64,000 bases of DNA, taken from the IMG/VR virus record IMGVR_UViG_3300024297_000001. One strand, given 5' to 3'. A model generated the notes under the pieces. That model had not been told where the DNA came from. It searched no databases and was given only the letters and a program-made list of their open reading frames with translations. The DNA comes from a virus. Taxonomy: Duplodnaviria > Caudoviricetes. Of this stretch, positions 54,670-63,795 are shown piece by piece (position 1 is the first letter of the stretch; the number at the start of each line of letters is the position of its first letter). The translations under genes were made by a program, and so were the position numbers.

Positions 54670-55250
54670 TTAAAAACCTTCATGTCTGGAAGATATGGAT
54701 AATCATTACTGCTCCATTCCTTTGTTGGTTCAGTAACGTTTTCTAATTTTTCAATACCAAGTTGTGCAGTTTCTGGAGTCATATAATAATGATATCCTAT
54801 GTATTGAATGTCTTGTTCGCCCCATGGCTTATCATCTGTTCTACCATCATGTGCCATTGCTTTTAATACTGCATAGTCTGTTTCATTAGGACATAATATT
54901 GCACCGCCTCTACCTAAACTTAACATTTTCTTATGTTGAAAACTCAAACACTTATAGGTGTTAGGCATGTAACTATTACGTTTGAAACTAACAGCACCGT
55001 CTATAATTCTTGTACCACCTAATACATATTCTTCATTCCAAGAAGCATCAACAAACTCCCAATCAATGTTTAACTTCATTAATGTAAATGGAATACTAAT
55101 ATACGTTCTTGTAGGTATCTTTACGTGGTTAGGCTTTAGATATCGTAAACAAAGTTCAATAGAATGGGTACAACTATCCGTTGCAACGGCAAATGGTGCA
55201 TTATAATACTCTGCAATGCGTTTTTCGAACTCTTTCACGGTTTCAAACAT
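54666..55250 (-). CDS. DegT/DnrJ/EryC1/StrS-family PLP aminotransferase (short)
   Basis: AVATDSCTHSIEL, IIDGAV, CLSFQHKKML.LGRGGAIL (PLP Lys), GYHYYM. Start placed at 55250 because the 55256 ATG lies inside the promoter box. Confidence 0.85.
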   Translation of the reverse strand: MFETVKEFEKRIAEYYNAPFAVATDSCTHSIELCLRYLKPNHVKIPTRTYISIPFTLMKLNIDWEFVDASWNEEYVLGGTRIIDGAVSFKRNSYMPNTYKCLSFQHKKMLSLGRGGAILCPNETDYAVLKAMAHDGRTDDKPWGEQDIQYIGYHYYMTPETAQLGIEKLENVTEPTKEWSSNDYPYLPDMKVFK

Positions 55251-55255
55251 ACACA

Positions 55256-55263
55256 TATTTATA
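55256..55263 (-). promoter_or_regulatory. Late promoter TATAAATA, 5 nt before ATG (55250)
   Basis: Minus strand reads TATAAATA-TGTGT-ATG; no SD. Confidence 0.7.
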
Positions 55264-55274
55264 TGCGTAGTTAA

Positions 55275-55280
55275 TAAGTA
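55275..55280 (+). promoter_or_regulatory. Late promoter variant TAAGTA for the rightward operon
   Basis: In the divergent gap, back to back with the minus-strand TATAAATA. Confidence 0.4.
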
Positions 55281-55347
55281 ATAGTGTGAGTGAAATTATT
55301 AAATTATCCGTATGGTCTGAAAAATATCAAAATATTGGAGAGAACGC

Positions 55348-56532
55348 ATGAATATAGGATTTTTAGGAGTCGGTAAACTCGGTATACCATGTGCAGAAGA
55401 AATAGTCAAAAAAGGTCATACAGTTTTTGGTTATGATACTGCTAAAATTACCAGCGAATTAATTATACAAAAGCCTACAATCAAAGATGCAGTAACTGGT
55501 GCAGACATTGTGTTTGTTGCAGTACCAACACCGCATCACGAAGATTATGACGGTAAACGTCCTACAAGTCATTTACCACCAAAAGATTTTAATTACGATA
55601 TTGTAAATGATGTTCTTGAAGAAGCAGACATGCATATGACAAAGGATCAATTGCTTGTTCTTATCAGTACAGTATTACCAGGTACAACACGTAGAGAATT
55701 TGTACCACGTGTTACACATACACGTTTTGTATATAACCCATATCTAATTGCAATGGGTACTGTGGGTTGGGATATGATTAATCCTGAGATGGTAATGATA
55801 GGAACTGACGATGGTAGCGAAACAGGTGATGCAAAACAATTAAAAGAATTTTATCAAAGCATTATGGAAAATGACCCACGCTATGTTATAGGAACATATG
55901 ACGAGTGCGAATGTATCAAAGTGTTTTACAATACATTTATTTCTACTAAATTAAGTTTTGTTAACATGATTCAAGATGTTGCACAACGTCAAGGTAACAT
56001 TAATGTTGACGTAGTAACAAAAGCCTTAGCAGAAAGTACACAACGTATAATGAGTCCTGCATATATGACAGCAGGCATGGGTGATGGTGGTAGTTGTCAC
56101 CCAAGAGATAATATTGCTTTACGTTACATGGCAAAAGAATTAAATTTAGAATATGATATTTTTGATAACATTATGAAAGCAAGAGAAATACAAGCAAAAA
56201 ATCTTGCAAAGTTTGTTGTTGAAACAAAAAAGAAATATGGCGGAAGTATTTTCTTAAATGGTATATCATACAAACCAGGCGTACCTTACATTGACGGAAG
56301 TTATGCACTACTTGTTGATCACTATGTTAAGGAACTTGGACACAGTATGATTTACATTGATCCACTTGCAAGTGAAATGCCAAGTAGTCAAGTAAGCCTT
56401 GGAGGTATTATTTTACTTGCACACCCAACCCCGTACTTAGAATACTCAACAGACTCAGTGTTTATTGATCCGTGGAGAAAAATGAAACCTAATTCTAAGT
56501 ATCTTGTCATACAATACGGAAACACAAGATAA
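55348..56532 (+). CDS. UDP-glucose/GDP-mannose 6-dehydrogenase family
   Basis: GFLGVGKLG, VFVAVPTP, STVLPGTT, YNPYLI, KVFYNTF, GGSCHPRD, SYKPG. Confidence 0.9.
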   Translation: MNIGFLGVGKLGIPCAEEIVKKGHTVFGYDTAKITSELIIQKPTIKDAVTGADIVFVAVPTPHHEDYDGKRPTSHLPPKDFNYDIVNDVLEEADMHMTKDQLLVLISTVLPGTTRREFVPRVTHTRFVYNPYLIAMGTVGWDMINPEMVMIGTDDGSETGDAKQLKEFYQSIMENDPRYVIGTYDECECIKVFYNTFISTKLSFVNMIQDVAQRQGNINVDVVTKALAESTQRIMSPAYMTAGMGDGGSCHPRDNIALRYMAKELNLEYDIFDNIMKAREIQAKNLAKFVVETKKKYGGSIFLNGISYKPGVPYIDGSYALLVDHYVKELGHSMIYIDPLASEMPSSQVSLGGIILLAHPTPYLEYSTDSVFIDPWRKMKPNSKYLVIQYGNTR

Positions 56533-57344
56533 TGTTTTACACTAAGGATCATCCGTTATTATATTTTCCTGAAATAGCAGGTAAAAGTTTACAATGGTAT
56601 TGTGGTGACGATTTAGAAAACTACAATCAGTACAACAAAGAAGGTTGGGAGTATCATAATACTGCTGATAAGTTAGAATACAACTTTAACAGTCTTGGAT
56701 ATCGTACAAAAGAATTAACGGGTCTTAATAACGATTATATTTTAGTGTTCGGGTGCAGTTATACTGAAGGCGTAGGTTTATACGAAGAACAAATATGGTG
56801 TAATAAAATTAGCAAGATGTATGATATAGACGTAATAAACTTAGCCAAAGCAGGTACAGGACCTGATATTGTTGCGTTAAATACACAATTATTCATAAAG
56901 AACAAATTTGTACTTCCTAAATGCGTCTTAATTCAATGGCCACAATCGTCACGAAAAAGTTTTGCATACACTGAAAAGAAATTGTTTACTAATCAAATAA
57001 GATTAGAAGATAGGAATATTATGTTCCTTCCAGACGGAACTGAAGAAGAATACGAAATGATGGACTCAGTTTGGTACCACAAACGTTGGGTTCATGAACA
57101 AGGACAAATGAATTATGAGAATTTGTATCATCTAAATAGTGTAAACAATATATGGAACGCACTTGGTGTGCCTGTACATAATTGGACATTCCAAGCAGAC
57201 TTTAAAACAAAGTATGACAAAGATATGGTACAAACAGTAAAAACAAAGATGACTGGTCGTGCAAGAGATGAGGCCCATGACGGAGAAAGCATACACGACC
57301 AAGTTGTCGCACAAATAAAGGATAAAGTAAAATGTATGATATAG
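56532..57344 (+). CDS. SGNH/GDSL hydrolase-like (acyl-transfer/esterase) protein
   Basis: FNSLGYR...ILVFGCSYTEG (block I), INLAKAGTG (block II), C-terminal D..H.G..H. Confidence 0.55.
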   Translation: MFYTKDHPLLYFPEIAGKSLQWYCGDDLENYNQYNKEGWEYHNTADKLEYNFNSLGYRTKELTGLNNDYILVFGCSYTEGVGLYEEQIWCNKISKMYDIDVINLAKAGTGPDIVALNTQLFIKNKFVLPKCVLIQWPQSSRKSFAYTEKKLFTNQIRLEDRNIMFLPDGTEEEYEMMDSVWYHKRWVHEQGQMNYENLYHLNSVNNIWNALGVPVHNWTFQADFKTKYDKDMVQTVKTKMTGRARDEAHDGESIHDQVVAQIKDKVKCMI

Positions 57345-58021
57345 TCTTCATAAGTTACGGCGAACCAAACGCTGATGAAAACTGGAAACATATTAAGCAA
57401 ATGTTTCCTATGGCGAAACGTGTAAAAGATGTTAAAGGTTTACATCAAGCACACATTGCCGCGGCTAAAAAATGTTTTACAAAAATGTTCTGGGTTATTG
57501 ATGCTGATGCAGAGTTAATGCCAGACTTTGATTTTAATTTTGAGGTTTCCGAGTGGGATTTAGAAACAGTGCATGTATGGCGAAGTATAAATCCGATCAA
57601 CGACTTGGAATACGGGTATGGAGGTGTAAAGTTATTACCGCGATCACTCACACTGAACATGGACACTTCCATGCCCGACATGACTACAAGTATCAGTGAT
57701 AAGTTCAAAGCAATGCCAGAGATAAGTTGCGTAACAGGATTTAACACTGATCCTTTGAGTACTTGGCGTGGAGCATTTAGAGAATGTGCAAAATTAGCAA
57801 GTAAAACTATTCCAGGACAAGTAGATGAAGAAACAGAGAAGCGTTTGGAAACATGGCTTACTGTTGGTGCTGAAAGACAGTACGGAAAGATTGCAATGCA
57901 CGGAGCGGCATGTGGTAAGCAATTTGGAGAACACTATAGAGGCAATGTAGAAGCACTTGCAATGTTAAATGATTTTGATTATTTAGAAGAGGAGTTTAAT
58001 GAACACAAAGATTCCTTTTAA
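57332..58021 (+). CDS. Glycosyltransferase-like, paralog of 49736-50623
   Basis: DIVFISYGEPNADENW...QAHIAAA...FWVIDAD; YGYGGVKL; TWRGAFRECAKL. Confidence 0.55.
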   Translation: MYDIVFISYGEPNADENWKHIKQMFPMAKRVKDVKGLHQAHIAAAKKCFTKMFWVIDADAELMPDFDFNFEVSEWDLETVHVWRSINPINDLEYGYGGVKLLPRSLTLNMDTSMPDMTTSISDKFKAMPEISCVTGFNTDPLSTWRGAFRECAKLASKTIPGQVDEETEKRLETWLTVGAERQYGKIAMHGAACGKQFGEHYRGNVEALAMLNDFDYLEEEFNEHKDSF

Positions 58022-58958
58022 GGATATTGTCAGCCTTGGACAAAAGACAATGCTGGATACTAATCTATTCAGCGTTAGTTGGATCCTCGGCAGGTTTTGT
58101 AATTACAAGTGTAGTTACTGTTGGCCTTATGCTAACACTGACAAGCCAGACTATCAGGAATTAGAAATCTATAAAACATCTATTGATGAAATTAAGAAAC
58201 AAGCAAAAGCAAATGGCTTTGACAAGTTTCATTTTAGTTTTAGTGGAGGAGAGCCTACAGCATACAAAGGCTTTTTAGATTTAGTTAATCACTATGAAGA
58301 TTATGAAAGTGAATACCTAAGCATACACATGACAAGTAATTGTAGTCCAGCAAAGAAATGGTGGAAGAAGTTTTTAGATGTTACAGATGTTATGGACAGA
58401 AGAAGTATTACAGCAAGTTTTCATGCAGAATTTGCAAATGAAAAAGAATTCGGAGATAAACTTTTATATCTCCAAGACGAAGGTGTACTTGTAACTATTA
58501 ATCAAGTTATGGTACCCGAACTATGGGAGGAATATTATGCCAGAAGTAAAAGATTTATTGAACGGGGTTTACACGTTACTCTTAAGCCTCAGTCTGATCC
58601 TACCGCTTCTTTTGTGGTTGATGGTTATACCGAGGAACAAAAAGAAATATTGCGTACCGAAAGCGAACAATCGGTCCATCAAGTATCGCTCAAAGATGTT
58701 AATGGAGTAGAATACAGTATTGACCAAGCAGAAAGATTAAATGCTTTTGGTTTTAATAAATTTAAAGGTTGGGAATGTAATAGCGGATATCAAAGTTGTA
58801 TAATTAGAAACAATGAAGTTAAACGTAGTTACAGTTGCCATGATACACCATTAGGAACATTAACTGAAGGGTTCAGTTTGTTTGATAAGCCAATGCCTTG
58901 TATTACACCAAGTTGTGTAAGCAGTGCAGATAGTAAAATACCAAAGAGAAAAATATGA
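57999..58958 (+). CDS. Radical SAM protein with SPASM/twitch
   Basis: CNYKCSYC, SGGEPT, C-terminal WECNSG...SCH...CITPSC. Confidence 0.9.
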   Translation: MNTKIPFKDIVSLGQKTMLDTNLFSVSWILGRFCNYKCSYCWPYANTDKPDYQELEIYKTSIDEIKKQAKANGFDKFHFSFSGGEPTAYKGFLDLVNHYEDYESEYLSIHMTSNCSPAKKWWKKFLDVTDVMDRRSITASFHAEFANEKEFGDKLLYLQDEGVLVTINQVMVPELWEEYYARSKRFIERGLHVTLKPQSDPTASFVVDGYTEEQKEILRTESEQSVHQVSLKDVNGVEYSIDQAERLNAFGFNKFKGWECNSGYQSCIIRNNEVKRSYSCHDTPLGTLTEGFSLFDKPMPCITPSCVSSADSKIPKRKI

Positions 58959-59707
58959 AAATAGGAATAGCAGGATACGGATATGTCGGTAAAGCCATTG
59001 CCGAATCTATGAAAGACAAATACGAAGTGCTAATTAACGATCCAGCACTTGGTCATAAAGCAAGTTTTAAAGAAGTACAGGCACTTATAGTGTGTGTAAG
59101 CACACCAAGAAGTTCAGCAGGTTATTGTGTAATGGATAATGTGTATCAGGTAATAGAAAAAGCATCTAATGAGATTCCTATACTAATTAAAAGCACAATT
59201 AGTCTTGAAGGTTGGCGTATGCTTAAAGATACGTTTCCTGAAAAGGAAATAACATTCAGTCCAGAGTTTTTAACTGCCGCAAATGCAAACTCAGACTTTG
59301 CAAACACGCAACAAATTTTACTTGGTGGAGATAATACACAGTTTTGGTCAGGATTTTTTGTAGACTTACTTGGTACTGTTGATGTAAAGATTGCAGATCC
59401 AGAAGATCTTGTAATAGCCAAGTATGTACGTAACAGTTATCTTGCATTAAAGGTTACATATTTTAATCAGTTGTATGATTTCTGTGAAAAAGCAGGTGTA
59501 GACTTTGAACAAGTAAGGAAATATGTTGCAGATGACTCTCGTATAGGATACAGTCATACTAATGTAACAAAAGAACGTGGATTTGGTGGGCATTGTTTTC
59601 CTAAAGACGTAGATGCGTTCTTACATCAAGCAAAAGGATATAATACTGAACTTTCACTGCTTGAAGAAGCAGTTAAATATAATAGTAAGATTAGAAATGA
59701 AAATTGA
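58955..59707 (+). CDS. Short UDP-glucose 6-dehydrogenase-like (lacks C-terminal domain)
   Basis: GIAGYGYVG, CVSTP, IKSTI, SPEFL, KYVRNSYLA, GFGGHCFPKD; only 250 aa. Confidence 0.85.
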   Translation: MKIGIAGYGYVGKAIAESMKDKYEVLINDPALGHKASFKEVQALIVCVSTPRSSAGYCVMDNVYQVIEKASNEIPILIKSTISLEGWRMLKDTFPEKEITFSPEFLTAANANSDFANTQQILLGGDNTQFWSGFFVDLLGTVDVKIADPEDLVIAKYVRNSYLALKVTYFNQLYDFCEKAGVDFEQVRKYVADDSRIGYSHTNVTKERGFGGHCFPKDVDAFLHQAKGYNTELSLLEEAVKYNSKIRNEN

Positions 59708-60305
59708 TATTCAAGATATTAAGTTCTGGATGGACGCAATTCGCAATAGCGAAGATAAAGATCGTACATTAGAAACTTTCTGGGGTGGTCAAATACAATC
59801 CAAGTTATGGTTGATTGAAACTGTCGCTGAAAAAAACAAAATGATCCGAAATGCTGAAATTGTTATACATGGAGGTTGGAATGGATTGTTAGCAAGTATG
59901 CTATTCAACAGTGAAATAGGTATTAAGAAAGTTGTAAGTGTTGATGTTGATCCTGTATGCAAAGAAATTGCAACTACAGTAAACAAGAGATACGAAATGG
60001 AAGGTAAGTTTGAAGCAGTAACCTGCGATATGGTAGATTACGAATACACAGCAGAACCATACATTGTAATTAATACAAGTTGCGAACATATTACACAAGA
60101 CAAATACAAAAAGTGGTTAGCAAAAGTTCCTGATTCAGCACAAGTTGTTGTACAAAGTAATGACTACTATGAATTAGAAGAACATATTAACTGTTGTAAG
60201 AACTTAGAACAGTTTGCAAGACGAAGTTTGTTAGATGTAGATATTAAAGACGAAATAGAATTACCCAAATATAAACGTTTTATGGTTATAGGAAAGAAAA
60301 AATGA
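59697..60305 (+). CDS. Class I SAM-dependent methyltransferase-like
   Basis: IVIHGGWNGLL (motif I variant), VVSVDVDPVC, VINTSCEH. Start moved to ATG 59697, overlapping the upstream stop. Confidence 0.7.
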   Translation: MKIDIQDIKFWMDAIRNSEDKDRTLETFWGGQIQSKLWLIETVAEKNKMIRNAEIVIHGGWNGLLASMLFNSEIGIKKVVSVDVDPVCKEIATTVNKRYEMEGKFEAVTCDMVDYEYTAEPYIVINTSCEHITQDKYKKWLAKVPDSAQVVVQSNDYYELEEHINCCKNLEQFARRSLLDVDIKDEIELPKYKRFMVIGKKK

Positions 60306-60919
60306 TTCACAGACTTACACAATACGGTCAACTTATAGAATTAGACATCACAACAGATGCTGAGGCAATGATTGCTTGGGCAAATGAATTTGATTGGGTA
60401 AAATATAATCCACGTAAGGATATTAATCGTTGGGGTTTAAGTATTACAAGTTTAGATGGCGGTATTACAGGTGTACCAGACTTAGATAGTTTGTATGAAT
60501 ATAACAAAGAAAACAAAACAGGATATAACGAAAAAGATTTTAATGTGCCTACACCAGTTCTAAACAAACAAATAGAAGAAGTGTTAGAACCTTGGAAGGA
60601 CAATTACTATAGAACACACTTTTTAAAGTTTGGTCCAGGCGGATTCTTTCCTCCACATAGAGATTGGAACTACAGTTCAGGTAGAGCAGACAGTTTTAGA
60701 TTGATAATGCCTTTGCGTAATGTTAATCCACCTTATTTTAATTTTGTATTAGAAGATAAAATGCTACATTGGGAAGTAGGTAGACTATACTTTGTAGATA
60801 CTTTAAAAATGCACTACCTATTCAATAGTGGCTTTAATGATAGTTACTGGTTAATTGTAAATGTTGATCTAAATCCAGACACTGTTAATGCTACACTTGG
60901 GAGATTAAATCAAAAGTAA
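60302..60919 (+). CDS. 2OG-Fe(II) oxygenase (Asp/Asn beta-hydroxylase-like)
   Basis: GGFFPPHRD (HxD), WEVGRLYFVDT.KMH.LFN. Confidence 0.7.
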   Translation: MIHRLTQYGQLIELDITTDAEAMIAWANEFDWVKYNPRKDINRWGLSITSLDGGITGVPDLDSLYEYNKENKTGYNEKDFNVPTPVLNKQIEEVLEPWKDNYYRTHFLKFGPGGFFPPHRDWNYSSGRADSFRLIMPLRNVNPPYFNFVLEDKMLHWEVGRLYFVDTLKMHYLFNSGFNDSYWLIVNVDLNPDTVNATLGRLNQK

Positions 60920-61917
60920 TGTATAACTACGAAGATATTACATCAATACATTTAGAAGTAACTTCTAAGTGCCAAGCAAGATGTCCTATGTGTCCAAGAC
61001 GATTACATGGCGGACCGTTACTTGAAGGCTTAGACTTGGAAGAAATATCTATTGACACTTTTAAGGAATGGTTTCCTGTAAGTTTTGTACAACAATTAAA
61101 GTTTCTTAATATGTGTGGTAACTTGGGCGATCCTATTGTTGCAAAAGACACATTAGAAATTTTTAGATATCTACGTGAAAACAATTCAGAAATGACATTG
61201 CAAATGCACACTAACGGAAGTGGTAGAACTAAAGAGTGGTGGCGCGGACTTGCAGAACTAAAAGTAAAAGTTGTGTTTGGCATTGACGGACTTGGAGATA
61301 CTCATGCACTATACAGAATAAACACTAACTGGGAAAAGATTATTAACAATGCATCACAGTTTATACACGTAGGCGGAGATGCACGTTGGGACATGCTTGT
61401 ATTCAAACATAACGAACACCAAGTTGATACTTGTGAAAAGATGAGCAAGGAGTTAGGATTCAAAGGATTTAGTATTAAACATACAACAAGATTCAAAGAC
61501 GGTAGGTTTGATGTGCTTGATGACAACTACAAAATCACACATACCTTATTGCCGTCAAGTAAGAGTCTTGAAATGATTGCTCCGGCAAAAGAAGCACAAC
61601 AAGAAAAGTTGCCTTTAATTACTTGCAAAGCAAAACAAGATAATCAAATGTACATAAGTGCAAATGGTAATGTTAGTCCTTGCTGTTGGTTAGACTTAGA
61701 ATGGTTACCACAGCACAGTGGTAGTAGAATAGATTACATGGTAAAGATTGGTAAGTTTCCTAACTTGCATAAACAATCATTTAAAGAAATATTTGACAGC
61801 AACTTCTTTAGTAGTATTAGTGGTTGTTGGACTTCAACAGGACTTGCAGAATGTTCTAAACAGTGTGGAAAGTTTGACAAACTAAATGCACAGTTTGAAA
61901 GGAAGGAACATGTCTAA
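60919..61917 (+). CDS. Radical SAM protein with SPASM domain
   Basis: CQARCPMC, CGNLGDP, HTNG, FGIDG; C-terminal C...YISANGNVSPCCW...CSKQC. Confidence 0.9.
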   Translation: MYNYEDITSIHLEVTSKCQARCPMCPRRLHGGPLLEGLDLEEISIDTFKEWFPVSFVQQLKFLNMCGNLGDPIVAKDTLEIFRYLRENNSEMTLQMHTNGSGRTKEWWRGLAELKVKVVFGIDGLGDTHALYRINTNWEKIINNASQFIHVGGDARWDMLVFKHNEHQVDTCEKMSKELGFKGFSIKHTTRFKDGRFDVLDDNYKITHTLLPSSKSLEMIAPAKEAQQEKLPLITCKAKQDNQMYISANGNVSPCCWLDLEWLPQHSGSRIDYMVKIGKFPNLHKQSFKEIFDSNFFSSISGCWTSTGLAECSKQCGKFDKLNAQFERKEHV

Positions 61918-63214
61918 AACATTTTGTCCTTTACCTTGGATACATTTAGCAACAAGACCTAACGGCGATGTTAGAGTTTGTTGTACTGCTAATGCATCAG
62001 GTGCAGGAGTTGAAGATGACAAGACAGCAGGACTTGTTAAGAAAGACGGAGTAAGCATGAACTTGCGTGAACACACTATTGAAGAAGTATGGAATAGTGA
62101 ACACATGCGTCGAACAAGATTGCAAATGTTAAATGATGAGATACCAGCAAGTTGTCGTAAATGTTTTGCAGAAGAAAGCAAAGGTATTGTTAGCAAACGT
62201 CAATGGGAAACAGAAGTATGGAAACAACGTTTAGACATAGATAGTATTGTAGCAAAAACAGGAGAACAAGGTGACTTACCTGTAAATGTTCCTTACTTTG
62301 ATTTACGTTTAGGTAATGTATGTCAACTTAAATGTGTTATGTGTAGTCCACATGATTCAAGTAGTTGGATTAAGGAATGGAAACTAAATCATCCTAAGTA
62401 TACAAACAAAGATTTAATTAACGATCAAAGTTGGAATGAAGACTTTGATTACACTTGGTATAAGAAAGGATCGTTTCTTGATTCTATGAAAGACCAAGCA
62501 CAGCACATCAAAGAATTATATTTTGCAGGTGGCGAGCCTCTAATGATTCCTGAACACTATAACATATTACAATTTATGGTTGATGAAGGACATGCTGAAA
62601 ATTGTTGTATTAGATATAACAGTAATGGACTTGTATTGAAACCTGAACTGTTTGTGTTATGGCAACACTTTAAAGAAGTAACATTTAACTTTAGTATTGA
62701 TGCATATGGTGAAAAGAATGATTACATACGTCACCCAAGCAAATGGGCAGACATTGAAAAGAATATAAAAATACTTGATTCAAGTAATGCAAATATTAAT
62801 ATTAACATAGCGTCAGCAGTACAGATGTTTAATGTAGCACATCTTGATGAACTTGCTGAATGGAAACTTGATCAAAAGTTTAGTAAAGTAAATGCACAAA
62901 CACAAGGCGGTATGATTAGTACACACCTTGTATACTTTCCGTCTTACTTAAATGTACGAGTGTTACCAGAAGAGTATAAACAGTTTGCTAAAAAACGCAT
63001 TGAAGCATTTATAGAAAGACAAAAATTTAACACACAATGGATTCAACACCCAATGGGCCAAGTACGTTGGGAAGGTTTAATAAAATATATGATGGAAGAA
63101 GACTGGTCAGCAAAGTTACCTCAAACACTTGATTACATAAGAGTACTTGATGAACAACGTGGATTAGACTACACTAAAATATTTCCTGAACTTGGAGAGG
63201 CTTTATGCAAGTAG
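61910..63214 (+). CDS. Radical SAM protein with N-terminal twitch-like cluster
   Basis: MSKTFCPLPW...VRVCC...SCRKCF; CQLKCVMC; AGGEPLM; FSIDA. Start moved to ATG 61910 (GGAAGG SD). Confidence 0.9.
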   Translation: MSKTFCPLPWIHLATRPNGDVRVCCTANASGAGVEDDKTAGLVKKDGVSMNLREHTIEEVWNSEHMRRTRLQMLNDEIPASCRKCFAEESKGIVSKRQWETEVWKQRLDIDSIVAKTGEQGDLPVNVPYFDLRLGNVCQLKCVMCSPHDSSSWIKEWKLNHPKYTNKDLINDQSWNEDFDYTWYKKGSFLDSMKDQAQHIKELYFAGGEPLMIPEHYNILQFMVDEGHAENCCIRYNSNGLVLKPELFVLWQHFKEVTFNFSIDAYGEKNDYIRHPSKWADIEKNIKILDSSNANININIASAVQMFNVAHLDELAEWKLDQKFSKVNAQTQGGMISTHLVYFPSYLNVRVLPEEYKQFAKKRIEAFIERQKFNTQWIQHPMGQVRWEGLIKYMMEEDWSAKLPQTLDYIRVLDEQRGLDYTKIFPELGEALCK

Positions 63215-63795
63215 GATTAACAGGACACAAAGCAGGAATTGGAAAAGCATTTTACGAATTATACAAACATGATTATGTTTGGGTACTGCTTGACAGAAAT
63301 GAAGAATGGGCATGTGATGTAAGAGATACTGGAAAAGCATTTGATCATTTACGTGATGTTGATATCTTTATTAACAATGTTTACTGTGAAAATACACAAA
63401 GTACACTGTTTGATATGTGGAGTGTGTTTAATCAAGACAAAGACAAGTTATGTGTAAACATAGGATCAGTTGTTGCAAATACTACAAATGATATTTTCTT
63501 TGAAGAAGATTATTACAAAAACAAATTAGAACTACACACAAAAACACATCAATGGAATAGTTTAAGACCTGAGTGTAAAGCAAGTCTTGTTGTTCCTGCA
63601 TTTTGTGATACAGACTTTGCAGGCAAAGATGTTTATAAAAGCAAAGAAGTATTAGAAGAACTAAGAACAAAGTTTCATTATTTTAAAAAACAACACAAAT
63701 TATTAAAACCAGAATCAGTTGCAAAAGTAATTAAGTTTATAATTGATGAATGGGAAAGTGGAAACCATATCAATACATTAGAGATGAGAAATTGA
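63205..63795 (+). CDS. Short-chain dehydrogenase/reductase-like
   Basis: GLTGHKAGIGKA, DIFINN, VNIGS, Y..NK (YxxxK-like). Confidence 0.75.
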   Translation: MQVGLTGHKAGIGKAFYELYKHDYVWVLLDRNEEWACDVRDTGKAFDHLRDVDIFINNVYCENTQSTLFDMWSVFNQDKDKLCVNIGSVVANTTNDIFFEEDYYKNKLELHTKTHQWNSLRPECKASLVVPAFCDTDFAGKDVYKSKEVLEELRTKFHYFKKQHKLLKPESVAKVIKFIIDEWESGNHINTLEMRN

